Part shown: positions 1 to 8,998 of the stretch, in pieces
How positions within the stretch are numbered: position 1 is the stretch's first letter
Layout of the letters: every line of letters starts with the position of its first letter
Origin: Myxococcota bacterium
GTDB taxonomy: Bacteria; Myxococcota_A; UBA9160; PR03
Assembly (NCBI GenBank): GCA_041577695.1
Contig: JBFGIM010000003.1
Coordinates: forward strand, 1 to 52,705
Direction of reading: 5' to 3'
DNA length: 52,705 bases
Translations under genes and position numbers: made by a program
Notes under the pieces: generated by a model
The model's database searches: none
What the model was told of the DNA's origin: nothing
Seen by the model: only the letters and a program-made list of their open reading frames with translations

Positions 1-532
1 CGATGAACGGCCGGGCGTCCTCGGGGCTCCGGTCGAGCGCCACGGTGAAGGGCACGAAGCCCTGATCGCCGAGCTCCTCGTACAACGCCTGCCAGACCGG
101 CAGGTCCTCACGGCAGCCTCACCAGGAGGCGTAGACGATCAGCAGCACCTTCTTGCCGCGGTGCTCCGACAGCCGGTGGAGGCGACCCTCCAGATCGGGG
201 AGCTCGAAATCGGGGGCCTCGAGCGAGGCCAGCTGCCGGGCCCGCTCGCCGGCGCTGATGCCCAGCGCGGCCGCTCGCTCCTCCAGGTCGAGGGCCAGCG
301 GCCGGTCCAGAGCCCGGGCCAGGCCTTGCAGCTCGATGCCCGAGGCGTCGATCCAGGCCTCACGGTCGCGCAGGGGGATGCAGACCGGGCCCTGGCAAAG
401 GCCCTCGTCCTTGAGCGTCCAGCCCAGACCGCGCTCCAGGGCCTCGGGGCTCAGCCGGGCCTGGCCGCCAGCCACCGTGGCCTCCACGCTCCGGGTCTCG
501 TTGCCATCGATCAGGACGAAGGAATCCGCCAT
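1..532 (-). CDS. TlpA/ResA-like redoxin, probable selenoprotein (Sec codon UGA at 121-119); runs off the window start
   Basis: ATG at 532 preceded by AGGAGG. APDFELPDLEG..GKKVLLIVYASW-UGA continues in frame as GCREDLPVWQALYEELGDQGFVPFTVALD, completing the thioredoxin fold. Confidence 0.85.
88..104 (-). promoter_or_regulatory. Bacterial SECIS-like hairpin
   Basis: Minus strand CCTGCC-GGTCT-GGCAGG: 6-bp stem with G-rich apical loop starting 14 nt 3' of the UGA. Confidence 0.7.
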
Positions 533-599
533 GGGCCGCCTCCTGGTTGGGGCGGGGCCAGTGTGCAGAGCGGCGTGCCGGGGAGCAAGCCCCACCGGG

Positions 600-634
600 T
601 GTGAGGTACGCCACAGGTTGTGACCCACTTCATA
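600..634. promoter_or_regulatory. Two tandem palindromic TF boxes (CRP/FNR-family or Rex-like)
   Basis: TGTGA-GGTACG-CCACA (600-615) and TGTGA-CCCACT-TCATA (619-634), each one mismatch from TGTGA-N6-TCACA. Confidence 0.5.
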
Positions 635-693
635 CGGAAATCCGGCGCCCTGGCCGAAACTGCCTCCAACGCAGCGCCTGGAGGGATGGACCG

Positions 694-942
694 ATGACGA
701 TTCACACGGCTTCGATTTCGCTCGAGCATCGCCGCCGCGAACGCGAGCGGGTCGAGATGATGCTCTCGGCCATCCGCACCCTGGCCCGGGGCCTGATCCT
801 GCTGGCCGCATTCTGGGCCCTGGTCGCGATCGGAGGCCAGGCCTTCGGCTGGACGTCCCTGCTGGACGAGCGGCTGGAGACCGCCCTGGATACGGGTGCG
901 GATTCCGGCCGCTGGGTGGCCTGCCTCAGGCGGGGGTGCTGA
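694..942 (+). CDS. Small single-TM hypothetical protein
   Basis: GGAGG upstream of ATG 694; hydrophobic GLILLAAFWALVAIGG segment. Confidence 0.6.
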   Translation: MTIHTASISLEHRRRERERVEMMLSAIRTLARGLILLAAFWALVAIGGQAFGWTSLLDERLETALDTGADSGRWVACLRRGC

Positions 943-954
943 GCAGCACGGCCG

Positions 955-2199
955 CTAGTCGGAGCTCACGATCTCCGAGATCACCACCGACTGGTCCGCG
1001 GCGTCCCCGGCCTCGCGAGCGAGGGCGGGCAAGCTGTCGACGATCTTCTCCAGATAACGTTCGGCCGCTTGCGACAGATCGCGGAAGGCGAGCACCATGC
1101 CGGCCGCCCCGTCGTCGCGTATCACCTCGGCGGGCACCACCAGGGGGGCCTCTCCGGCGGCAGCGTGCAGCGCGACTGTCAGGGTCCGGCCTACCTCGAG
1201 GTCGTCGCTTCGATCGACCCGCATCCCGCCAGCGGAGAGATCGCGTCCGACCAGCACTCGTGCTGCCTGCTCGTCCAGCGCCACCACGCGCCGTTCGAAG
1301 AGCCGTCGCGTCTCGTTGCGGCGCTCGGCGGTGCCGGCGGCGGCTGGCTCGGAAGCCGGCGTGGACTCGATCGTCTCGGGGAGGATCAGCTCGGGGCCGA
1401 GGATGATATCGGGAATCTCGTCCACCGGCTCGGAATCCGCGGGCTGCGCGATCTCGGGCAGGGCCGCGGCGGTGGCGGTGGCGGTGGCGGGCTGGATGCC
1501 GGGCAGCGTGGCCGGTCCCTCCAGGAATGCGTCCATCACCGCTTGGATCCGCTTCCGGGCGCCGCTCGAGCGCGACACGAAGGCGGCCGCCACGGTGGTC
1601 TCGTTGGGTGACGCTGCCGGCTCCAGCCGCACGACGCGAGCCTTGGCGGCGAACAGACGGCCGGTGCCCTTGCGCTGGAGATACAACACGAAGGTCTGAC
1701 CGGTTCGGAGCGGCGCCGACGTGAGGAGCTGGCACCCGGTGGTGGAGAGATCGGCGAGGATCGCGCGGTGCTTGCGCAGGCCGATCCTGAGGCTGACCGC
1801 AATTCCCACCGGCACGCGGCGCGCACGGCGCTCGGGACCACGGCAGAGCTGGTGGAGCAGCAGCAGGCGCAGGGCGCGCGGGTGCACCGGGCGCTTCACC
1901 AGGACATCGACCCCGGTGCGCCGGATGCGAGCGCTCAGCGTCTTCGATTCACCGTCGATCACCGCAACCCGGACGGCGGGCGGCTTGGCGCCCTTCATCC
2001 GGCGGCGCACGCGTCGGGCGGGCAGCTCCTGGAGATGCCGCGGCGTCACCACCACCAGGTCGAACGCTTCGATCTCCGACGGGTTGTCGGGAGCGCCGGC
2101 AACACACTGGGCGCCGAGCTCCGCCATCAGGTTCTGGACGTCCTTCAGCTCACCATCGTGGAGCAGCAGGACGCGTCGGTTCGGTGCGACGAGTGCCAA
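955..2199 (-). CDS. Degenerate receiver-like domain plus two PilZ domains
   Basis: RRARR..DLSTTG and RRNETRR..DLSAGG PilZ motifs; probable TTG start 2199 after GAGG. Confidence 0.8.
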   Translation of the reverse strand: MALVAPNRRVLLLHDGELKDVQNLMAELGAQCVAGAPDNPSEIEAFDLVVVTPRHLQELPARRVRRRMKGAKPPAVRVAVIDGESKTLSARIRRTGVDVLVKRPVHPRALRLLLLHQLCRGPERRARRVPVGIAVSLRIGLRKHRAILADLSTTGCQLLTSAPLRTGQTFVLYLQRKGTGRLFAAKARVVRLEPAASPNETTVAAAFVSRSSGARKRIQAVMDAFLEGPATLPGIQPATATATAAALPEIAQPADSEPVDEIPDIILGPELILPETIESTPASEPAAAGTAERRNETRRLFERRVVALDEQAARVLVGRDLSAGGMRVDRSDDLEVGRTLTVALHAAAGEAPLVVPAEVIRDDGAAGMVLAFRDLSQAAERYLEKIVDSLPALAREAGDAADQSVVISEIVSSD

Positions 2200-2391
2200 G
2201 GAATTCCTCTGGTGCGGTGTCTCGAATCGGCAATCAGCGTGCGTCCCTGTAGCGTTCCCCTGGGGGCAAAACGACTGGGGGGACTTGGGCATCCCACCCG
2301 CGTCAACCGGAACCCGCGGCGAGCCGATGATCGGGATTCGGGTCCGGGGCGGGTCCGTGCAGGGTTCCTGGAGCAGGCGCCGGGGAGTTCC

Positions 2392-3084
2392 ATGCTTCGA
2401 ACGCACATCCAGGCCATCCGCAGGCTGGCGACGGCGGTTGCGATCTCCGCGAGCGTGATGGCGTGCGGCGGCGAAGGGGGGCTCTCCCAGGCGACCGCCG
2501 AGACCCTGGGAGCCTGGCTCGAGGTGGCGTTGACCGAGGAGCCTGCGCCGGCCGCAGGCTCCGAGACTCGCTCCGATCCCGCGCCGGCCGGCTTCGAGGT
2601 CGACGACGAAGTCCTCGTCGACGACGCCGACGGCGTTCCGGTGCGGGTCTACTACCGCTACGCCGACGCCAGCGGCAGCATGCGCTTCGTCGACCGCCTC
2701 GACCAGATCCCGGCCGACGCCCGCGCCGGCGCCAAGCGCATCGAGGTCCGCCAGGAGCCCCGCACGCGCGCCCCCGCCCGAACGGCGGGCAGGGCCGATG
2801 GCGGGCAGGCCGCCTGGGCTCGGACCCTCGCGCAGCCGGACCCGCGGCGGCGCTCGGCGCCCGACGTGGTGATCTACACCACCCCGTGGTGTGGCTGGTG
2901 CCGTCGCACACGCGCCTTCCTCGACGAGCGCGGCGTCCGTTACGTGGACAAGAACATCGAGGCCAACGACGCCTTCCGCGACGAACTGATCCGCAAGACC
3001 GGTCGAACCTCGATTCCGGTGGTGGAGATCGGCGGCGAGCTGATCCGCGGCTACAACGAGCGGGCCATGGAGGCTCTGCTCTAG
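2392..3084 (+). CDS. Lipoprotein with C-terminal glutaredoxin/NrdH-like domain
   Basis: Signal ending VMAC; YYRYADASGSMRFVD (DUF4124-like); YTTPWCGWC and cis-Pro SIPVV. Confidence 0.8.
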   Translation: MLRTHIQAIRRLATAVAISASVMACGGEGGLSQATAETLGAWLEVALTEEPAPAAGSETRSDPAPAGFEVDDEVLVDDADGVPVRVYYRYADASGSMRFVDRLDQIPADARAGAKRIEVRQEPRTRAPARTAGRADGGQAAWARTLAQPDPRRRSAPDVVIYTTPWCGWCRRTRAFLDERGVRYVDKNIEANDAFRDELIRKTGRTSIPVVEIGGELIRGYNERAMEALL

Positions 3085-3157
3085 GCTCTCCGAGGCGGCT
3101 TGCGCGTCTGCTGGAGGCCTTCGTGTATCGACTCGCCGTCCCGGCCCGGGCCGTTTG

Positions 3158-4852
3158 ATGCGGCGGATCCTCGGGATCGCGCTGTTGCTCGTACTGGCCG
3201 CTCTGGCACTGCACCTGGTGCGACGGCCAGGACGGGTCGTCTACCGCGGCGGCCCCATCCTCACCCTCGACCCCGCGGACCGCATCGCAGAAGCGCTGGG
3301 CACCAACGGCGACCGCATTGCCGTGGTCGGCGACGAGGACGAGGTGATGGGCTGGGCCGGCAGCCGGGCCCGCATCGTCGAGCTCGACGGCCGCGCCCTG
3401 CTGCCCGGCTTCATCGACGCCCACGGTCACTTCCCCGGCGCCGGGCTCTACGACCTACGCGCCAACCTGAGCGCGCCGCCGGTGGGCGACGTGGAGCGCA
3501 TGGACGAGCTGGTGGCGCGCATGCGCGAGGAGGCCGCGCGCACCGGGGCCGGCGAGTGGGTGGTGGGCCTCGGCTACGACGACACGCTGCTCCGCGAGCG
3601 CCGCCATCCGACCCGGAACGACCTGGACCGCGCCAGTGACGAACACCCGTTGGCCATCCTCCATGTCTCGGGCCACCTGGCCGTGGTCAACACCCGCGGC
3701 CTCGAGGCGATCGGCATCGGAGCCGACTCGCCGGATCCGGAGGGCGGACGCATCCGCCGCGACGCCGCGAGCGGCGCGCCCGACGGCGTGCTCGAAGAGA
3801 CCGCCATGGACCCGCTCCAGTCGCTGATCCTCGAGCCGGGCCCGTTCGACGGCCTGCGCATCGTGCGCCGCGCCAGCGAGCTGTACCTCGCCCAGGGCGT
3901 CACCACGGCCCAGTCGGGGTACGCCGACCCGGGCCAGGCACGCGCGTTGACGTGGCTCTCGCGGCTGGGATTGCTGCCGCTGCGAGTGATTGTCTGGCCC
4001 GGCGACGAGTGGGCGGAGATCGTCTTCGACGGCGGCTATGCGCCGGCGACGGCCGACGATGCCTGGGTCCGGCGCGGCGCCGTCAAGATCGTCGCCGACG
4101 GCTCGATCCAGGGATACACCGGTTATCTGAGCGAGCCCTATCACGTGCCGCCGGGCGACGACCCCGGCTACCGTGGCTATCCGCGCGTGGCCCGCGAAGA
4201 CCTGATGGAGCGCGTGGCCCGCTACCACGACGCCGGGCTCCAGATCGCCGTCCACGGCAACGGCGACGCGTCGATCGACGACATCCTCGACGCCTTCGAG
4301 GCGGCCCAGCGGCGCTCGCCTCGGCCCGATGCGCGTCACATCGTCATCCACGCCCAGATGACCCGGGAGGACCAGCTCGACCGCATGGCGGCGCTGGGCG
4401 TGATCCCGAGCTTCTTCTCTCTCCACACCTTCTACTGGGGCGACCGCCACCGCGAGATCTTCATGGGGCCCGAGCGCGCGGCCCGCATGAGCCCGGCCCG
4501 CTCGGCGCTCGACCGCGGCATGCACTTCACCATCCACGCCGATGCACCGGTTGTGCCGATGGAGCCGCTGCGGCTGGTCTGGTCGGCGGTGAATCGGCTT
4601 TCGCGTAGCGGCGTCGTCGTCGGCCCCGAGCAGCGGCTGTCGGTGCTCGACGCGCTCCACGCGGTCACGCGGGACGCGGCCTACCAGCACTTCGAGGAGC
4701 GCGACAAGGGCACCCTCGAGCCGGGCAAGCTGGCGGATCTGGTGATCCTCGACCGCTCACCGCTCGACGACCCGGCGACGATCGACCGGATTCGGGTGGT
4801 CGAGACCGTGATCGCGGGGCGCAGCGTCTACCGCGCCGACGATGCGCCCTAG
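3158..4852 (+). CDS. Amidohydrolase 3 family (YtcJ-like) metal-dependent hydrolase
   Basis: PGFIDAHGH, KIVADGS, HGNGD, GTLEPGKLADLV; N-terminal TM/signal. Confidence 0.9.
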   Translation: MRRILGIALLLVLAALALHLVRRPGRVVYRGGPILTLDPADRIAEALGTNGDRIAVVGDEDEVMGWAGSRARIVELDGRALLPGFIDAHGHFPGAGLYDLRANLSAPPVGDVERMDELVARMREEAARTGAGEWVVGLGYDDTLLRERRHPTRNDLDRASDEHPLAILHVSGHLAVVNTRGLEAIGIGADSPDPEGGRIRRDAASGAPDGVLEETAMDPLQSLILEPGPFDGLRIVRRASELYLAQGVTTAQSGYADPGQARALTWLSRLGLLPLRVIVWPGDEWAEIVFDGGYAPATADDAWVRRGAVKIVADGSIQGYTGYLSEPYHVPPGDDPGYRGYPRVAREDLMERVARYHDAGLQIAVHGNGDASIDDILDAFEAAQRRSPRPDARHIVIHAQMTREDQLDRMAALGVIPSFFSLHTFYWGDRHREIFMGPERAARMSPARSALDRGMHFTIHADAPVVPMEPLRLVWSAVNRLSRSGVVVGPEQRLSVLDALHAVTRDAAYQHFEERDKGTLEPGKLADLVILDRSPLDDPATIDRIRVVETVIAGRSVYRADDAP

Positions 4853-5844
4853 CGCGGCCAGCGCTCGCGCAGGACGGCGGCGATCACCTCGGCAATGCGT
4901 TGGTGGCCCAGGGCGTTGGGGTGGACCCCGTCGCTGAAGTAGAAGCCTACGGGCATCGGCAGCTCTGCGAGCTGGGCCGGCAGGTCTGCCAGTGGCAGCC
5001 CGTGCTCGGCGGCGAACTCCCGCAGCAGCGGGGCGTGCTCGCGGAACTCGTGGTACCAGGGCACGGCGATCACCAGCTCGATGCGGCGCGCGCGACAGTA
5101 GTCGAGGAGTTCGTCGAGGATCCAGCGGCGGTCGGCCTCCGGAACGCGCACCCGACCGGGAACGACTTCGACGACGGCGTCCCCTCCGCCGCCCCGGAAC
5201 ACCAGGGCCCGCACCAGGTTGCTGCGCTGCATCAGGAACGAAAGCGCCCGCGCCACCGGGCGGCGGCTGCGCTCGAAGGTCTCGCGGTCGGTCGCGCCGC
5301 CCGTGTTGCCCGACTCGCGCTTGCGGCGGTGTCCCACCGGAAGGAAGTCGTTGCGTCCGAAATAGATCAGCACGGCGTCGGGCTCGAGGGCTTCGCCGCG
5401 GAAGCGCAGGTAGTTGTAGCCCTGGAGCAGCGAGTAGCCCGGGACCCCGGCGTTCACCACGACCACCCGGCGCCCCCGGACCGTTCCGAGCTCGGCGGCG
5501 AGCCGCGCCGAGTAGTTCTGGGCGGGCCCGATGCGACGGGCGAAGGTGGTCGATTCGCCCAGGGAGAGGATGCGGAACTCGTCCTCGCGCTTCGGCTCGA
5601 CCTCGGGCCAGCGCAGGCCCAGCCGGTTGGTGAAGGGCGCGCCGTCGAGCACGACCGAAGGTCGTAGGCGCCAGAACAGGACCGGATCGTGGAGATGGGT
5701 CTCGGCCCAGCGCTCCTGGTCCTGGGTGACCAGCGGATCCGGAATCGGCGTGGGCGCCAGCCAGCGCGAAGCGAGCTCGAGCCCCGCGCAGAAGACGAGC
5801 AGGGTCGTCAGCGCGAGGGCGATTTCCCGGATACCGGTCTGCAT
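4849..5844 (-). CDS. Membrane-anchored SGNH/GDSL hydrolase
   Basis: LGESTTF, NAGVPG, GRND, DGVHP blocks. Confidence 0.85.
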   Translation of the reverse strand: MQTGIREIALALTTLLVFCAGLELASRWLAPTPIPDPLVTQDQERWAETHLHDPVLFWRLRPSVVLDGAPFTNRLGLRWPEVEPKREDEFRILSLGESTTFARRIGPAQNYSARLAAELGTVRGRRVVVVNAGVPGYSLLQGYNYLRFRGEALEPDAVLIYFGRNDFLPVGHRRKRESGNTGGATDRETFERSRRPVARALSFLMQRSNLVRALVFRGGGGDAVVEVVPGRVRVPEADRRWILDELLDYCRARRIELVIAVPWYHEFREHAPLLREFAAEHGLPLADLPAQLAELPMPVGFYFSDGVHPNALGHQRIAEVIAAVLRERWPR

Positions 5845-5907
5845 CCCCTGCTTCTTCTAACACAACGCCCGCGACCGGCGCGATCGGTCCGCTATTCTCG
5901 CGCGGCC

Positions 5908-6555
5908 ATGCAATCCACCCTGCGACTCTTCGCGCTCGGCCCCGCGATCCTGCTGGCCGCCGCCTGTACCTCGGTCTACTACGACGCCATGGAGCGCGTC
6001 GGCATCGAGAAGCGGGACATCCTGGCCGACCGCGTCGAGGACGGCCGCGAGGAACAGCAGGAGGCCCAGGAGCAGTTCGAGAACGCCTTCGAGCGCTTCA
6101 AGGCCGCCACCGACTTCCACGGCGGCGATCTCGAGGACCTCTACGACGAGCTCGACGCCGAGTACCAGCGCAGCGAGGCGAAGGCCGAGGCCGTGGGCGA
6201 GCGGATCCGCTCGATCGAGCGGGTCGCCGCGGACCTGTTCGAAGAGTGGGAGGAGGAGATCGCGCAGATCTCGAGCGCCGACCTGCGCGGCCGCAGCCGC
6301 GCCAAGCTGCGCGACACCCGTGGGCGCTACGACCGCCTGATCGCGGCCATGAAGCGCGCCGAAGGTCGCATGGAGCCAGTGCTGGTCGCGTTTCGCGACC
6401 AGGTGCTCTTCCTCAAGCACAACCTCAACGCGAGCGCGATCGCCTCGCTCGAGGGAAGTGTCGTCTCGATCGAGTCGGACGTGGCGGTGTTGATCCGCGA
6501 GATGCAGGCGGCGATCCGCGAGGCGGATTCGTTCCTGGCCAACTTGGAGAGCTAG
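5908..6555 (+). CDS. DUF2959-type helical lipoprotein
   Basis: LAAAC lipobox, YYDAMERVGIEKRDIL, LFLKHNLNA. Confidence 0.8.
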   Translation: MQSTLRLFALGPAILLAAACTSVYYDAMERVGIEKRDILADRVEDGREEQQEAQEQFENAFERFKAATDFHGGDLEDLYDELDAEYQRSEAKAEAVGERIRSIERVAADLFEEWEEEIAQISSADLRGRSRAKLRDTRGRYDRLIAAMKRAEGRMEPVLVAFRDQVLFLKHNLNASAIASLEGSVVSIESDVAVLIREMQAAIREADSFLANLES

Positions 6556-6560
6556 GGCCG

Positions 6561-7349
6561 ATGGGCCGCGACACCCTGATCGAAGCCCGCGACCGCGGCG
6601 TGCTCGAGATCACGCTGAATCGGCCGCGCCAGAAGAACGCCTTCAACAACCGCATGTGGCGCGATCTGCGCGACGCGCTGGCCGAGGCCCAAACCGACGA
6701 CGGGGTCCGCGCCGTCATCGTGACGGGAGCCGGCGACGCCTTCAGCGCGGGCCAGGATCTGGGCGAGATGGGTGCGCTGCCGCCGGGCGAGGCGCCGGGC
6801 TTCCCGAGCTTCATGGACCGACTCGCCGACTTCGACAAGCCGCTGCTGGCGGCGGTGAACGGTGTGGGCGTGGGCATCGGCCTCACCTTCCTGCTCCACT
6901 GCGACATCGCCTACATGGCCGAGGGCGCGCGGCTGCGCGCGCCGTTCGTGACGCTGGGCGTGGTGCCCGAGGCGGCGAGCAGCTACCTGCTGCCGACACA
7001 GCTCGGCCACCAACGCGCCGCGGAGCTTCTCTTCACGGCGGAGTGGATCGACGCAACGCGGGCGCTGGAGCTGGGGCTGGTGTCGCGCGTCCTGCCGGGC
7101 GACGAGTTGCTTCCCGCCATCCGCGGCAAGGCGCTCGCGATCGCCGGCATGCCACTGGGCTCGCTCCGCTACACCAAGCGCCTGCTCCTCGAGGTCCGCC
7201 GCGAGGGCGTCGCCGCCGCCCGCCAGCGCGAGGACGCCGGCTTCGTGGCGCGCGTGGGCTCACCGGAGAACGCCGAGGCGCTGCGCGCCTTCTTCGAGAA
7301 GCGGCCGGCGGATTTCCGGTCGGTGTCCCCGAAGAACCGGGGCGAGTAG
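6561..7349 (+). CDS. Enoyl-CoA hydratase/isomerase family
   Basis: LNRPRQKNA, FSAGQDL, GVVPEAASS. Confidence 0.9.
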   Translation: MGRDTLIEARDRGVLEITLNRPRQKNAFNNRMWRDLRDALAEAQTDDGVRAVIVTGAGDAFSAGQDLGEMGALPPGEAPGFPSFMDRLADFDKPLLAAVNGVGVGIGLTFLLHCDIAYMAEGARLRAPFVTLGVVPEAASSYLLPTQLGHQRAAELLFTAEWIDATRALELGLVSRVLPGDELLPAIRGKALAIAGMPLGSLRYTKRLLLEVRREGVAAARQREDAGFVARVGSPENAEALRAFFEKRPADFRSVSPKNRGE

Positions 7350-7415
7350 GCGTGCGACCCGGGGCGGCCTCCCGTCCAGGGGAGGGATGCCCCCGAGTGT
7401 GCTAGCGAGGTCGGC

Positions 7416-8204
7416 ATGACGCGCTTCGATCGAGACACCGCCGTCACCTCGCTCGGAGCGGACCGCTTCCAGGGTCGGATCGATCGCGGCTGGTGGATCG
7501 TGAGCGGTCCCAACGGGGGCTACGTGGCCGCGCTCTTCCTGCGCGCCCTGGCGGCACGGGTTCCCGGCGAACGCGCCCCTCGTTCACTCACGGTCCACTA
7601 CACCGCCCCGCCCGGCGAGGGTGCAGTCGAGATCGAGACCCGGGTCGAGCGGGTCGGCCGCTCCCTGACGACGGTGACGGGCCGCATGAGCCAGCAGGGC
7701 CGCCTGGTGGCGCTGGGAATCGCTGCCTTCTCCACGCCCCGTTCGGGTCCCAGCTGGCACCACGCGCCGATGCCCGAAGTGGCGCCTCCGGAAGCGTGCG
7801 AGAGCTTCCCCTCGTCCATCCCGATCCACGAGCGCTTCGACTATCGTTGGGCGGTGGGCGAACGACCCGGTTCTCGAGCGGAACGCGCGCTACTGGGTGG
7901 CTGGATCCGCTCCGCCGAGCCGCGGCCGACCGATGCGCCGCTGATCACCGCGATCTGCGACGCCTGGCCGCCGCCCAGCTTCTCGGTCCGGAGCCGTGAC
8001 GACATGGGCGTGGTACCGACCATCGACCTGACCGTGCACTTCCGCTGCACCCTGCCGCTGGCGGCGACCGGAGCGGGCGAGTTCGTGCTGGCGGTGTTTG
8101 CGTCGCGCGTCGCCGAGGAGGGCTTCGTCGAAGAGGACGGTCAGGTGTGGAGTCGCAGCGGCGTCTTGCTGGCCCAGTCCCGCCAGCTGGCGGTGATCAC
8201 ATGA
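7416..8204 (+). CDS. Double-hotdog acyl-CoA thioesterase family
   Basis: GPNGGY, DAWPP, PTIDLTVHF, LAQSRQ. Confidence 0.85.
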   Translation: MTRFDRDTAVTSLGADRFQGRIDRGWWIVSGPNGGYVAALFLRALAARVPGERAPRSLTVHYTAPPGEGAVEIETRVERVGRSLTTVTGRMSQQGRLVALGIAAFSTPRSGPSWHHAPMPEVAPPEACESFPSSIPIHERFDYRWAVGERPGSRAERALLGGWIRSAEPRPTDAPLITAICDAWPPPSFSVRSRDDMGVVPTIDLTVHFRCTLPLAATGAGEFVLAVFASRVAEEGFVEEDGQVWSRSGVLLAQSRQLAVIT

Positions 8205-8962
8205 GCGCGTCGGCCAGGGAAAGACTGGCAGGGCTCGGCGTGTCCGCCGATGCGAACGACGCGGCGGAGCCGTCGGGTGGCGCGCCCGACTGGCGCGTCT
8301 GGATGGGTCTCAGCCTGACGGCCCTCTGGCTGCTGCTCGGCTTCTACTACATCTTCGAGATCGTCGGCTTCGGCAAGTTCATCTACGGCGGACCGCCGGC
8401 GGTGGGCGGCTTCCTCGAGGGCGCCTTCGCGCCGCTCGCCTTCCTGTGGCTGGTGATCGGCTTCTTCCTCCAGTCGAAGGAGCTGTCCAAGGCCACCCAG
8501 CAGGCGGCGCGCCAGGCCGAGTCGATCGCCGCCCAGGCGCTGAGCAGCCGCCAGGACTCCTATTTGAAGCTCGCCGACCTGGTGATGGCGCAACTCGGCG
8601 GCATCCTCGGCATGCTCTTCATGTCGAGCCATGGCCCCGCCGGCGACACCACCATCACGAACGAGGAGATCGGCGAGATGTGGGAACGTCTGGGCGGCGG
8701 CGACCCGCAGGTCTTCGGCCGCCAGATGATGGCGGCCAACTTCCGATCCGACGACCCCGAGAAATCCTGGGCGCTTTTCTGGGGCACCGCGATCCGGACG
8801 CGCCACTCGCGGAACTTCATGCAGAACTTCACCGAAATGATCGAGCAGGGACGCGAGGCCGATCCCAACGGCATGCTGCGTCGGGCGCTCCGCGGCAGCG
8901 CCCACGGCCAGGTCTACGACCTGATGGATCGATACCTCCGCGCGCGCGAACCGGTCGAGTAG
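8201..8962 (+). CDS. Hypothetical membrane protein
   Basis: ATGA overlap with previous gene; GFLEGAFAPLAFLWLVIGFFLQ TM segment. Confidence 0.75.
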   Translation: MSASARERLAGLGVSADANDAAEPSGGAPDWRVWMGLSLTALWLLLGFYYIFEIVGFGKFIYGGPPAVGGFLEGAFAPLAFLWLVIGFFLQSKELSKATQQAARQAESIAAQALSSRQDSYLKLADLVMAQLGGILGMLFMSSHGPAGDTTITNEEIGEMWERLGGGDPQVFGRQMMAANFRSDDPEKSWALFWGTAIRTRHSRNFMQNFTEMIEQGREADPNGMLRRALRGSAHGQVYDLMDRYLRAREPVE

Positions 8963-8998
8963 GTGGCGTAGGATTCGATTGCCTCCAGGAGACCCCCG

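Noticed and set aside
533-811. N-terminal extension of ORF 119..811
   Set aside because: A strong AGGAGG precedes ATG 532; the extension is low-complexity and overlaps the divergent gene.
934-960. Gly-Cys-UGA at the end of the small TM gene as a second Sec site
   Set aside because: No SECIS-like hairpin, and read-through would run antisense into the PilZ gene 12 nt away.
2200-2391. Possible c-di-GMP-I riboswitch upstream of the PilZ gene (GGCAAA and GGGACGCA fragments)
   Set aside because: The fragments are on opposite strands and the GAAA tetraloop/receptor architecture is absent.
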